A stretch of 64,000 nucleotides of DNA from an uncultured Candidatus Saccharibacteria bacterium (GCA_964390845.1 CAYMIL010000002.1:33885-97884), one strand, 5' to 3'; shown: positions 1 to 9,807, counted from the stretch's first letter. The notes: a model not told the origin generated them from the sequence alone. A program made the numbers and translations.

Positions 1-25
1 CCCTCGTGGCGTATGGCTTAGTAGC

Positions 26-409
26 GTGGAGATGGCCCACATGGTACAGTACTTTCTCCACGAGATGCCACAACGTCTCCAGAGGTTCATCGAGAGTGAG
101 GAGGGTCGTGCCGGCCTTCGGCTACTGAAGGCCGGTGGACGAGAACTAGTCCTCCACTCTTTCACTGACGGAAAAACCGTAACAACACTCGTTCTTTCCG
201 GCAAAGGCCTTCAGAAGCAGATTGGCACTATCTTTAATCGCAGAAAAAAGACGGTGCCACTGTCCTACAAGGATGCAGCGACAGCGATGCTCTTCTGCGA
301 TGCACCTTGCCGGAAAACCCATGAACAGGTTGGTTGGATTCGCGATCGTCTCAATGAGATTGCGAACGAGATTTTGCACGAGAAGGAGGAAGGCGCGCTG
401 AAACACTGA
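26..409 (+). CDS. hypothetical protein (127 aa), GTG start
   Basis: Long ORF followed by a rho-independent terminator; no recognizable motifs. Confidence 0.4.
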   Translation: MEMAHMVQYFLHEMPQRLQRFIESEEGRAGLRLLKAGGRELVLHSFTDGKTVTTLVLSGKGLQKQIGTIFNRRKKTVPLSYKDAATAMLFCDAPCRKTHEQVGWIRDRLNEIANEILHEKEEGALKH

Positions 410-432
410 ACCAACCCGCCCCCGCCACGAGA

Positions 433-462
433 GCCCCGCTCTTGTTGCGGGGTTTTCTTTTG
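433..462 (+). terminator. rho-independent terminator (CCCCGC-loop-GCGGGG + T-tract)
   Basis: GC hairpin 434-452 followed by TTTTCTTTT, seen directly. Confidence 0.6.
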
Positions 463-501
463 TGTACAGATTATGATTTAATGTGATGCGGAGGGTTCAT
501 C

Positions 502-771
502 ATGAACAACACCGGGAGTCATCGCAAGGAAACACGTTTCGGGCTATTCCGGCGTGACGCGCCCCACCTCTTTACCTACAGCACAGAGGTCGGAAATGCG
601 ACACTTGCTGACGCGGCACAGGACATCTTTGAAGAAATCCGCGGGATGCAACACCCAATTCCCGTAATTCTCTTCCGGCACCAAGACAAGCAGGTGCAGA
701 TCCGGCCACAAGATGTGTGCCCAAACCACATCATGGAACGGTGGCGCACCCACAGGAGGAATAATTCTTGA
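502..771 (+). CDS. hypothetical small protein (89 aa)
   Basis: GGAGGG RBS about 7 nt upstream of ATG; terminator 915-956 downstream. Confidence 0.35.
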   Translation: MNNTGSHRKETRFGLFRRDAPHLFTYSTEVGNATLADAAQDIFEEIRGMQHPIPVILFRHQDKQVQIRPQDVCPNHIMERWRTHRRNNS

Positions 772-914
772 TGAAACGTTTCAAATACATGTTCTCGAAC
801 TTCTCGGAGTATCGGGGGCGACGACATCGCAGGCGGGGGCACACGCGCGACTACGCACCCCCAACTCGCATACCGACAACGACGCGTTTGCGTCGCACGT
901 CCCCCTTCTCCTTG

Positions 915-956
915 GACCCCACGAGACGCTTCTAGCGCCGTGGGGTCTGTTTTTTA
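915..956 (+). terminator. rho-independent terminator (9-bp stem GACCCCACG/CGTGGGGTC + T6)
   Basis: Hairpin plus TGTTTTTT seen; lies inside the long ORF 713-1768, which argues the deacetylase starts at 989. Confidence 0.55.
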
Positions 957-988
957 GTTCCAAAGAATTTTCATATATACTTACACTC

Positions 989-1768
989 ATGAAGCACGCA
1001 CTCAAACGGCTGATTAAAAATATCCTCTATGGAGTCCGCCTTTTACTACCCTCTCCACGCAACAGAGCGGTTGTTCTTGTCTACCACTCAATTGGACACA
1101 ACTCACTTCCCTTCACTGTATCACCCACCGTATTTCAACAACACATGGCGTGGTTGCATGAGCAACACTTTACAGTAGTGAGTCTCGATACACTCATGGA
1201 CATGAAGCGTCGTGGCGATATACCACCAAAAACTATTACGATTACATTTGATGATGGGTACCGCGACAATCTTATAGAAGCATTTCCTATTCTTTCTCGT
1301 TACAATTTTCCAAGCACTATTTTTCTTATGACTTCAGATTTCGGAAAGGTACGAACACTACACGGCGTACCACTTGAGGTATTATCTGAAGAAGAAATCC
1401 GAACCCTACACGCATCGGGCCTCGTTGCTATAGAACCACACTCGGTAACACACCCGAAACTCAATGAAGTCTCCGCCGAAAATGTGCGTCGAGAAATTTC
1501 AGAATCTGCACGCATCATTGACACTCTCCTCTCAAAACACTCTCAACACTTTGCGTACCCAAAAGGCCGATACAACCAGACTGTACTTGATGTTATGCGC
1601 ACGACAGATATGCACTACGGATATACAACCAAAAACGGATGTGTAACCCCACGCAGTGTGCCGTTTGAAATACCACGAAATGGCATCGGGTACGACACCA
1701 CTATGATAGAGTTTAAAGCAATAGCAAAATCTGGTAGAGTAACGAGACATGACATCTTCCGCCGTTAA
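989..1768 (+). CDS. polysaccharide deacetylase (NodB homology domain)
   Basis: TFDDGYRDN and HSVTHP motifs typical of the carbohydrate esterase 4 / NodB family. Confidence 0.75.
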   Translation: MKHALKRLIKNILYGVRLLLPSPRNRAVVLVYHSIGHNSLPFTVSPTVFQQHMAWLHEQHFTVVSLDTLMDMKRRGDIPPKTITITFDDGYRDNLIEAFPILSRYNFPSTIFLMTSDFGKVRTLHGVPLEVLSEEEIRTLHASGLVAIEPHSVTHPKLNEVSAENVRREISESARIIDTLLSKHSQHFAYPKGRYNQTVLDVMRTTDMHYGYTTKNGCVTPRSVPFEIPRNGIGYDTTMIEFKAIAKSGRVTRHDIFRR

Positions 1769-2690
1769 AGACATCTATTGGGGAGAATTTCCCGAATCAG
1801 AACTCGACATCGTCTTGCGCCACATGCGCGCGGGCGACATGAATAGTGCTCGGGCATATATTGAAGAAAAAACAAAAAGAACGGATTTTATTTTTGGATC
1901 CGCACGATCAGATTTTCTCTATTACACAAGTCACGAACCAGAAACACACTGTCTTGATATTGGCTGTGGTCTCGGAGTGCACACATTTAATATGGCGCGG
2001 TACGCACACAGCGTGACTGCTTTCGACCTTTCTGCAAAACGAGCTGAATTTTGTAACCTTCGAGCACAACTCACAGGTGTCACCAACATATCGTGCACAC
2101 ACGACTCCCTAAAAACATTTGACCCTAAAGGAAAGACGTTTAACACCATCATTATGAACGGCATTCTTGAGTGGGTACCTGAAGACCGTGTACACAAAGA
2201 CCCACGGATGGACCAGCTCGATGCACTACGTAAAGTGAAGAGTCTTATGTCAAAAGACGGCATGCTCTATGTTGGAATTGAAAACCGATTCGCCCTCAAC
2301 TATCTAACGTCCGCCCGAGACCACAATCATTTGCGCTACACATCATTTATGCCACGCTTTCTTGCGTCACTTATCACAAAAATATTATGTGGAAAACCCT
2401 ACAGAACATACACATATTCAGCGTGGGGTTACAAAAAACTATTCCGTGACGCAGGATTTTCTCCAGCACACACCGAGCTCTACATCGCCCACCCCGGATA
2501 CAATTTACCCAAGTACCTTATCCCATTTGAAGATATTTCCGCATTACGCTTTTTTATAGACGGACTTATGGAGGGAAAAGGTGTGCGTGGCTCGATCATA
2601 CGTTTTCTCGCGCGAAGCAATATCTTTTTGCGCATGATTCGTCATGGTTTTTATAGCTACGCGATTTTTGCAAAAAACTCACATGATTAA
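1749..2690 (+). CDS. class I SAM-dependent methyltransferase
   Basis: LDIGCGLGVH glycine-rich SAM-binding motif; overlaps upstream gene by 20 nt (operon). Confidence 0.7.
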   Translation: MTSSAVKDIYWGEFPESELDIVLRHMRAGDMNSARAYIEEKTKRTDFIFGSARSDFLYYTSHEPETHCLDIGCGLGVHTFNMARYAHSVTAFDLSAKRAEFCNLRAQLTGVTNISCTHDSLKTFDPKGKTFNTIIMNGILEWVPEDRVHKDPRMDQLDALRKVKSLMSKDGMLYVGIENRFALNYLTSARDHNHLRYTSFMPRFLASLITKILCGKPYRTYTYSAWGYKKLFRDAGFSPAHTELYIAHPGYNLPKYLIPFEDISALRFFIDGLMEGKGVRGSIIRFLARSNIFLRMIRHGFYSYAIFAKNSHD

Positions 2691-3483
2691 CCGCATACGA
2701 CACATTTGCGCATCCCATCTTTCTGTATCACCCGATACATTATATGTATCGAAGTTTTATCATGGAGACGGCGAACGCGCGCGAAAAACAATCTTTCTGA
2801 TTACCGACGGCACGCAACCACTGTATATTTTTAAAATTGCACGATCCGCAGAGCGAAACCTGCTCATAGAGCGCGAATACGCAGCACTCAAAGATGCGAG
2901 CGCTCGTCCGCACGCACCCTTCAACATACCCCACCCAATTGGACACGGAGAACTCTATGGTCTTGCATATAGCATTGAACGTGTTGTTACTGGCTCGGTC
3001 GTCTCCCAACAACAGGCACCCGACCTTATCAGCTACGTCGTCGAATTTGAACGACAGAAACAACGTGGTGGCACAGTAACGGTTGGCGCGCTCTCTGCTG
3101 TACTTGAAAAAATATACATTGATGGCCCCGCAGAGTACCACGTGCTCCAAAAAGAGCTTGCGGCATACGCCACACATTCCCTCGTACATGCGCATGCGCA
3201 CGGCGACCTGACATTCCGAAACATCATCGCGTCACCCGATTCTACATATACACTGATAGATTGGGAATACGCACCATACAAACCACTGTGGGGTATTGAT
3301 TTTGCACACTATATACTACGAACATACGGACCGAAAGGCAACGTTGCTCACATGTTTCCTGAAATACAAGATTCCCTACCTCCACTCTGCATCATTGATC
3401 GCATATATGATATACTCCAAAAACATAGCAGATGCGACGACATAGAACGCCTCCGTGATTTTTTGAACGCCGCATCTGCGTAA
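2644..3483 (+). CDS. APH/choline-kinase family phosphotransferase (LicA-like)
   Basis: HGDLTFRN catalytic loop and IDWEYA motif (Brenner and IDxE motifs of the APH/ChoK fold). Confidence 0.65.
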   Translation: MVFIATRFLQKTHMINRIRHICASHLSVSPDTLYVSKFYHGDGERARKTIFLITDGTQPLYIFKIARSAERNLLIEREYAALKDASARPHAPFNIPHPIGHGELYGLAYSIERVVTGSVVSQQQAPDLISYVVEFERQKQRGGTVTVGALSAVLEKIYIDGPAEYHVLQKELAAYATHSLVHAHAHGDLTFRNIIASPDSTYTLIDWEYAPYKPLWGIDFAHYILRTYGPKGNVAHMFPEIQDSLPPLCIIDRIYDILQKHSRCDDIERLRDFLNAASA

Positions 3484-3489
3484 CGGGTC

Positions 3490-4677
3490 ATGAATACCAT
3501 ACCAGTACTCTACATTTCAAGGATGTACTTTTCATCCTCTCGCGCAAATGTACACACCGTCTCAAAAACAGCAGAGGCGCTTTCTCAAGACGCCCGCATT
3601 TCTTTTTCTCTTATAAGTACTGACACATCCATACGAAACCCGCGCAATCGCACAGACTATGAGCGCGCGCACAACATCACCACACCATTTCACATAGAAA
3701 CAATATGGTCACCTTCAGGCATACTTCAGCATATCAACGGTCGATTAGCGTTCTATGCAAGCGCACTCTGCGACAACATTGCTCTGGCCATATATATCAC
3801 ACGACGCCGCACACCGACCTCTGTACTCTACGTACGCGACCACATGCTCGCACCGTGCATCCTCTTTGCACACCACGTGCTTGGAATGAAATTCTTTTTC
3901 GAAGCACACTATGTATTACCCAACAAATTTGGTCAGTATCTTACGGACGTATTGGCTCGACGAGCACACGGCATTGTTGCTATCACCAAAGCACTCGCTC
4001 GATACTATACCCGGCACAATACCCGGACAACTGTATCGTATTGTGCAGCAAGTGATATTGAACAATATGAGCAGATTACTCAAAGCACTGCTAACCTCAG
4101 ATCAACACTGGGACTTCCCACGGAAAGCACGATTCTATGCTATACGGGCAACATTGGAAAAACCGGAACAGGCCACGACTACGGTGTGTCGGATATTATT
4201 ATGGCTCTCACCTACCTACCTTCGCACTATTTTCTCCTCATAGTTGGGAAAAAGGCTACTGATAGTAACGAGCTTGAGGAGCTTGCGCGCGTTCATGGTG
4301 TCAGCAACAGGGTTCAAATCCTTCCATGGCAACCACGCAACACCATACCATTGTATGTGCGCGCAAGCGATATCCTCGTCATACCAACGTCCGGTGGTTT
4401 GCCAGGCAATTCTCCTACAAAAATTTTTGAATATTTAGGAAGCGGTCGTCCGATTGTCGCAGCAAACACTGAAGCAATCACTGAGATACTTCGACACGAG
4501 CACAACGCCCTCATTGCAAAACCAGAACACCCAGACACATGGGCGCACGAAATAGAGCGTATTGCTTCAGACAGCGTTCTTCAATCACATCTCACCAAAA
4601 ACGCGCTTCAAGAAGCCCGACATTTTACATGGGCACAGCGCGCCCATACGATTGTTGATCTAATCTTTCACTCATAA
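3490..4677 (+). CDS. glycosyltransferase family 1 (GT4-like)
   Basis: C-terminal EYLGSGRPIVAANTEAITEIL motif typical of the GT1 retaining glycosyltransferase EX7E region. Confidence 0.75.
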   Translation: MNTIPVLYISRMYFSSSRANVHTVSKTAEALSQDARISFSLISTDTSIRNPRNRTDYERAHNITTPFHIETIWSPSGILQHINGRLAFYASALCDNIALAIYITRRRTPTSVLYVRDHMLAPCILFAHHVLGMKFFFEAHYVLPNKFGQYLTDVLARRAHGIVAITKALARYYTRHNTRTTVSYCAASDIEQYEQITQSTANLRSTLGLPTESTILCYTGNIGKTGTGHDYGVSDIIMALTYLPSHYFLLIVGKKATDSNELEELARVHGVSNRVQILPWQPRNTIPLYVRASDILVIPTSGGLPGNSPTKIFEYLGSGRPIVAANTEAITEILRHEHNALIAKPEHPDTWAHEIERIASDSVLQSHLTKNALQEARHFTWAQRAHTIVDLIFHS

Positions 4678-5402
4678 TGCATTTCATTAAGAAACGCTTT
4701 GGCATACAGCATCTTGTCGTATTTTTTGAAGACACTCTTTTTCAAAACGCTGTGGCAAATACATCCTACCCACTCATCACTGCCCTTTCATATACACGAC
4801 ACAACCTTCCTGGAGTTCGTGTGCGAGAAAAAGATACCGCACTCATCGACATCTCACCTTCACCAGAACATATCCTAGCAAGCATGCACAGGACGACACG
4901 AAATGAGATTCTGCGCTCCCTTGCTAAAAACTTTTCTGTAGAGCTACGCGTAGGTTTTCACGAGGATCTATATATGCTCTATGCATCATTTGAACGAGCA
5001 CAAGGTCGGACGCCTATGAAAAAAGATGAGTTTGCTCAGTTTCGATATGTTGTCGTTTCTTTGGACAACACACCACTCTCTGTAGTGTCTCTCATTGAAG
5101 AAAAGCCTTTACTGCGTATTCGATCGATTTTTTCTGCGCGTATGACAACCCAAGATGCCGAACAGAAGAAAAATATCAGCAACGCGTCACGGCGCGCGAT
5201 ATATGAAGCGTGCGTGTGGGGTCATGAAAACGGCTTTACAAGCCTCGATCTCGCATCAGTAAATATTACTGATGCCAACAAAGCACATCTCTCAAAATTT
5301 AAATTGTCATTTGGGGGCACATTTCGGAAAGAGTACACCCACATCTTTGCAACACCGGCTATACAGTTTGTGCTGAAGATACTCTCACGAGTACGTAGCT
5401 AG
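4677..5402 (+). CDS. hypothetical protein, possibly FemAB/GNAT-like acyltransferase
   Basis: Translationally coupled to the GT (ATG overlaps its stop); no firm motif. Confidence 0.3.
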   Translation: MHFIKKRFGIQHLVVFFEDTLFQNAVANTSYPLITALSYTRHNLPGVRVREKDTALIDISPSPEHILASMHRTTRNEILRSLAKNFSVELRVGFHEDLYMLYASFERAQGRTPMKKDEFAQFRYVVVSLDNTPLSVVSLIEEKPLLRIRSIFSARMTTQDAEQKKNISNASRRAIYEACVWGHENGFTSLDLASVNITDANKAHLSKFKLSFGGTFRKEYTHIFATPAIQFVLKILSRVRS

Positions 5403-6624
5403 CAATCAATCTACACACTCGGCTTATTCCGACACCAAGGACAATACCCAAGAGGCCGAAGTATGCGCCAACACAGATTCCTATACACTGAAACACGCTT
5501 CCAGAAACATTAAAATAATAGAGGCGTCGCTTGTCTGCGTGCGCCTGAAGAAAACTTACTGGCAAAACATTGGCTGTACTAAAAAGAAACAGCGCTGACA
5601 CCTGAGAAAGGAACACTGCACCCTCCTCATATTGCGGAAATAGATAGTGGAAAAAATATGGTGCCGCATAAATATAGCAGACACTCACCACAAACATACC
5701 GACAGCAAACACAGTCATCTTGTGCAACATTGTCTTTCGAGCAAGGTCGGGGTTGCCGTGAGAAAATTTTGGCTGTGCGAGCGTTCCAACATTTTTCCCC
5801 AATCCCTTTATTTGCTCCGGAATAGCTATCGCAAAAGAATACACAGCAAGTTGCGCAGGACCAAGAAGCTGGAATGTGATAAGACTATCAATACGATCTA
5901 TAATCCCCCCAAGTACCGACATGATACTGAGGTGAAAACCGTAATTCATTGCCTCTTTATCTACATCTGCATTTTTTGCATATACCCGATTGGCATACCA
6001 ATACACAACACCTTCAGCCACAACACTGGCCATCATAAATGTCGAAACGAGCACAATAAGGTTATGACTCAACAAAACTGCGACTATAGTAGCGGCCGTA
6101 ACACCCACAGACGCAAGCGATGTGGTGAGCGCACTTCGCTTAAAATCTCTTTTTCCAGAAAACACAGAATCTGATAACGACGCACTAGCAAATAATGGCG
6201 ACAAGAGTCCGACAATACAAACAGAAACTGCTAGCAATAGATCTTTCTGAACAAAATAATAGTATCCGGATACAGTAAAAAAAATAAGGAGCGAGGGCAG
6301 GCTCCAGATAAGGTTTTTGCGAAACACATAACGAAGCGTTCCGTCAAAACCTTTTGCGGCAGAATTCATAACCGCAACAGACAAACCAGTTAAAGAAAAG
6401 ACACTTATTGTGCTGGAAATAGCAAAGACATATTTATATGTTCCGTACAGCTCTTTAGAAAGAAAGCGGGCACAGACAATGGCAAACGCAAGAGTTGTGA
6501 GCGCAGATACGGCATGAGAATATGTGAGCCACGTACTGCCCCGCATGACATATCGCACATCCGTTTTGATAACACGCTCAATCCGAGAGAGAACGGGTAT
6601 GTATATTCTTCTTAAGAAACCCAT
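5359..6624 (-). CDS. polysaccharide biosynthesis protein / Wzx-like oligosaccharide flippase (MOP superfamily)
   Basis: 421 aa polytopic membrane protein with a Wzx/RfbX-like N-terminus (LTYSHAVSALTTLAFAIVCARFLSKELYGTY). Confidence 0.7.
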   Translation of the reverse strand: MGFLRRIYIPVLSRIERVIKTDVRYVMRGSTWLTYSHAVSALTTLAFAIVCARFLSKELYGTYKYVFAISSTISVFSLTGLSVAVMNSAAKGFDGTLRYVFRKNLIWSLPSLLIFFTVSGYYYFVQKDLLLAVSVCIVGLLSPLFASASLSDSVFSGKRDFKRSALTTSLASVGVTAATIVAVLLSHNLIVLVSTFMMASVVAEGVVYWYANRVYAKNADVDKEAMNYGFHLSIMSVLGGIIDRIDSLITFQLLGPAQLAVYSFAIAIPEQIKGLGKNVGTLAQPKFSHGNPDLARKTMLHKMTVFAVGMFVVSVCYIYAAPYFFHYLFPQYEEGAVFLSQVSALFLFSTANVLPVSFLQAHADKRRLYYFNVSGSVFQCIGICVGAYFGLLGIVLGVGISRVCRLIASYVLVRVSSAQTV

Positions 6625-6660
6625 ACAAGGAATAATACCAGAACACGGCTCCGTGTCACT

Positions 6661-7227
6661 TTAGTACTTCCTCACAACCCCCTTCACCACCGCGGCGATA
6701 CGGAAACTCTCTGTTGGATAAATGGGCTTGTAGTGTTTGTTGGCAGGCTCAAGCCAGACTTTGCCCCCGCGCGTACGATAATATTTCATCGTCCACCCAC
6801 CATCGACTTCTGCAATAACAATCTCGCCATCGCGCGCATGCTCACGTCGCTCCGCAACCACCATGTCTCCCTCTTTAATTCCCTCCTCAATCATTGAATC
6901 ACCCTTCACTTCGAGCAGATAGGTGTTGCCTTGATCTTCTATCAGAAGCTCGTCGATACTTGTTGTATCAAGCGCGTCTTCCTCTGCGACAGACGGTAGA
7001 CCGGCTTCAACTAAGCCAAGGACAGGGACTTGGCCAAACATATTTTTGGGAATCAACTTACCTCTCGCATCTTTCTCTACAACACCTTCTTCGACAAGAC
7101 GATTGATAAGTTTGTATACTGCGTTTTTCGACTTAAAACCAACGAGCGCCATGATTTCCTGATACGCGGGCATTCGCCGATTTTTTTTATAGAAGCCGAG
7201 AATTTTTTGTTTGTATTCCTGATTCAT
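6661..7227 (-). CDS. lexA: LexA repressor (S24 peptidase)
   Basis: N-terminal wHTH, cleavage-site region VPVLGLVEAG (Ala-Gly), GDSM serine motif, catalytic K in C-terminal domain. Confidence 0.9.
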   Translation of the reverse strand: MNQEYKQKILGFYKKNRRMPAYQEIMALVGFKSKNAVYKLINRLVEEGVVEKDARGKLIPKNMFGQVPVLGLVEAGLPSVAEEDALDTTSIDELLIEDQGNTYLLEVKGDSMIEEGIKEGDMVVAERREHARDGEIVIAEVDGGWTMKYYRTRGGKVWLEPANKHYKPIYPTESFRIAAVVKGVVRKY

Positions 7228-7247
7228 GCGGGTGTATACCCATTATT

Positions 7248-7442
7248 CTACAGGAACGAAGCGAAGCCAAATGAACGTGTGAGCCATGATGCTCGGCGAG
7301 CGCGGTTGAGCTGACTTCGCAATGATCGGTGGCGCCGCGCCTCTTGGGCATATGACTGACCTTTTATAATTTTGATATCGATTTGCTCATTAAGACGCTT
7401 GAGCTCGTCGTGAATCGAATACAGCATTTTTGTTTTACTCAT
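7248..7442 (-). CDS. small hypothetical protein (about 65 aa) co-transcribed upstream of lexA
   Basis: ORF between the SOS promoter and lexA; start chosen at MSKTK. Confidence 0.35.
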   Translation of the reverse strand: MSKTKMLYSIHDELKRLNEQIDIKIIKGQSYAQEARRHRSLRSQLNRARRASWLTRSFGFASFL

Positions 7443-7491
7443 ATATATGTGGCGATAGTTTATTGATAATCCCCCTTCGCACTCTGTGTAT

Positions 7492-7521
7492 AGTATAGGT
7501 GAACATTCGTTCACCAGTCAA
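7492..7521 (-). promoter_or_regulatory. sigma70-like promoter (TTGACT-18nt-TATACT) driving small ORF + lexA
   Basis: Read on minus strand: TTGACT (7516-7521), TATACT (7492-7497), LexA box fills the spacer. Confidence 0.55.
7499..7514. promoter_or_regulatory. LexA operator (Cheo-box-like GTGAACATTCGTTCAC; GAAC-N4-GTTC)
   Basis: Perfect 16-bp palindrome in the lexA promoter spacer; matches Gram-positive-type SOS box consensus CGAACNNNNGTTCG. Confidence 0.6.
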
Positions 7522-7560
7522 TGTGGATAACTTTCACTATGATAAAATGACTGTACTACC

Positions 7561-8643
7561 ATGGCTCCACTCAAGCGAAAACCCGAATTTTATCTCGATG
7601 GCGCACACGCATGGGAAGCGATGCTCACTGCGTGCGAACAAGCGCGCCACTCTATCGACCTTGAACAATACATCTTTATGGTCGACACAATCGGTCGCCG
7701 ATTTATTGACGTTCTCATGCGCAAACGTATTGAAGGTGTGCGTGTGCGCATCATATGTGACACCGTTGGGAGCTTCTCATTTTACAACTCAACCGTACCC
7801 GCAATGCTCCGCGACGCGGGCATTGAGATTCGCTTTTTTAATATCGTAAGTCCGTGGCGCATTCGAGATATTTTTTCTTGGTACTTTAGAGATCATCGCA
7901 AAATACTTGTTGTCGACGAAGCGGTTGGTTTTACCGGCGGTGTCGGTATTCATGACGCCATGCGCACATGGCGCGATACGAGCGTGAGAGTGACTGGTCC
8001 GACTGCCCGAGAAATGCAAGATGCATTTGAAGAAATGTGGGATCTTGCCGCAGAAAAAAATATTTTTTCTCGACTGAAAAAATTTAAGCGCTACCACCGC
8101 GGCGAACGTCTCGTAACCAACGCCCCCTACCCGCGCCGCCGTTTTTTGTATCACACATTCATACAAGCGCTTCGCTCCGCAAGGCAATACGCGTTCCTCA
8201 CAACCCCCTACTTTGTTCCCAACCAGCGTTTTGTAAAAGAACTACGCAGAGCTGTCGCACGCGGAGTAGACGTAAAAATTCTTGTTCCAGAAACGTATGA
8301 TGTAATCTTGGTCAACCGCGCATCACACAGCTTTTTTCACGAGATACTTGAAGCTGGCGCTCATATCTACACATATTCCGGCGCATTCCTGCACGCAAAA
8401 ACAGCGGTTATCGACGATACGTGGGCAACGATCGGAAGTTTCAATTTTGACAACCTCAGCTTTACCTACAACCACGAAGCAAACATCGTTTCTATGGATC
8501 AGGCATTTATCAAGCCCCTCAAGAGCCACTTCCTCGCCGATATAGCCCACTCAAAAGAAATCCTCCTTGAAACATGGAAAAAACGTCCTCTCATATGGAA
8601 ATTGCATGAGTTTTTTGTCCTGCCAATACGCAGATTCCTCTAG
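7561..8643 (+). CDS. phospholipase D family protein / cardiolipin synthase-like (two HKD motifs)
   Basis: HRKILVVDEAVGFTGGVGIHD and HAKTAVIDDTWATIGSFNFDNLS HKD motifs; no N-terminal TM helices. Confidence 0.8.
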   Translation: MAPLKRKPEFYLDGAHAWEAMLTACEQARHSIDLEQYIFMVDTIGRRFIDVLMRKRIEGVRVRIICDTVGSFSFYNSTVPAMLRDAGIEIRFFNIVSPWRIRDIFSWYFRDHRKILVVDEAVGFTGGVGIHDAMRTWRDTSVRVTGPTAREMQDAFEEMWDLAAEKNIFSRLKKFKRYHRGERLVTNAPYPRRRFLYHTFIQALRSARQYAFLTTPYFVPNQRFVKELRRAVARGVDVKILVPETYDVILVNRASHSFFHEILEAGAHIYTYSGAFLHAKTAVIDDTWATIGSFNFDNLSFTYNHEANIVSMDQAFIKPLKSHFLADIAHSKEILLETWKKRPLIWKLHEFFVLPIRRFL

Positions 8644-8717
8644 GTGGGGTACCTATTGCCCATTTTTCAAAAGAATGCTATATTTTTGGGACGTTATTAA
8701 GTTATTTCACACACATA

Positions 8718-9227
8718 TTGAGTACGAAGGTTAGAATCAATCATCAGATAAAAGCCCCGCAATTGCGGGTTATAGGCCCTGACGGGGCTAATATTGGGGT
8801 CATTTCCCTCGAGGAAGCCCTCAAACGAGCCACAGAAGCAGAGCTTGACCTGATTGAGATTTCACCCAATGCCGAGCCTCCGGTCGCCAAGATCATGGAT
8901 TATGGCAAGTTTCAATACGACGACAACAAAAAGCAAAAGCTTGCAAAGGCCAAGGCTCACGTAGTCGAAGTAAAGAACATTCAGGTGAAAGTCGGTACTG
9001 GCGACCACGACCTCGCACTTAAGGCAAAAAAAGCATCGGAATGGCTTTCGGAAGGACATCGAGTCAAAATCGACCTCTTCCTCCCGGGACGCTCAAAGTT
9101 CATGGATCTCAATTTCCTCAAAGAGCGCATGGAACGAGTGTTAAAGCTCATCACCGTAGAATACAAAATTGCCGACGCACCAAAGAAGAGCCCGAAGGGC
9201 CTCACCGCGGTCATCGAACGAGTGTAA
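8718..9227 (+). CDS. infC: translation initiation factor IF-3 (non-ATG start, TTG or ATA)
   Basis: KVRINHQIKAPQLRVIGPDGANIGVISLEEAL... IF-3 N and C domains; atypical start as usual for infC. Confidence 0.9.
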   Translation: MSTKVRINHQIKAPQLRVIGPDGANIGVISLEEALKRATEAELDLIEISPNAEPPVAKIMDYGKFQYDDNKKQKLAKAKAHVVEVKNIQVKVGTGDHDLALKAKKASEWLSEGHRVKIDLFLPGRSKFMDLNFLKERMERVLKLITVEYKIADAPKKSPKGLTAVIERV

Positions 9228-9258
9228 AAATAACATCAGGACGGAAATAATTATTCAT

Positions 9259-9444
9259 ATGAAAACGAATAAATCATTTACAAAGCGATTGAAGCTGACT
9301 CGAAACGGCAAGATTATTGCGCGCAAAACTGGTCAGAACCACTTCAACTCAAAAGAAAGCGGACGATCTGGTATTTCAAAAAAGCGTTCTGCTCGGTTCA
9401 CAATGAACAACAAGCTCAAGAGCCGATATCTTGTAAACCAGTAA
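9259..9444 (+). CDS. rpmI: 50S ribosomal protein L35
   Basis: MKTNKSFTKRLKLTRNGKIIARKTGQNHF... basic 62-aa protein between infC and rplT. Confidence 0.8.
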   Translation: MKTNKSFTKRLKLTRNGKIIARKTGQNHFNSKESGRSGISKKRSARFTMNNKLKSRYLVNQ

Positions 9445-9460
9445 TCAGTAATATACGACC

Positions 9461-9805
9461 ATGACACGAGTAAAGAAGGGTGTAAACGCACTCAAAACAC
9501 GAAGAAATGTTCTCAAGCAGGTAAAAGGTTACCGCTTTGGACGAAGCAAAAAGGAGCGCCAGGCATATGAGGCCATCTCACACGCTGGAACATACGCTTT
9601 TGCTCACCGACGAGACAAGAAAAATGATATCCGCCAGCTTTGGGCGGTCCGCATCAACGCGGCGCTTGAGCCACAGGGTCTCTCATATAGCAAAGTAATC
9701 GGCGCCCTCAAAAAGAAAGGTATCGCGCTCGACCGAAAGATTCTTTCGACACTTGCAGACAAGAATCCTGAAACATTCAACCGAATCATTGCACAGATTA
9801 AGTAA
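9461..9805 (+). CDS. rplT: 50S ribosomal protein L20
   Basis: MTRVKKGVNALKTRRNVLKQVKGYRFGRSKK... canonical L20. Confidence 0.95.
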   Translation: MTRVKKGVNALKTRRNVLKQVKGYRFGRSKKERQAYEAISHAGTYAFAHRRDKKNDIRQLWAVRINAALEPQGLSYSKVIGALKKKGIALDRKILSTLADKNPETFNRIIAQIK

Positions 9806-9807
9806 AC

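Noticed and set aside
713-988. N-terminal extension of the deacetylase ORF (713-1768 reported as one 351-aa ORF)
   Set aside because: A rho-independent terminator (915-956) lies inside this stretch and the conserved NodB region begins after M93. Start moved to 989.
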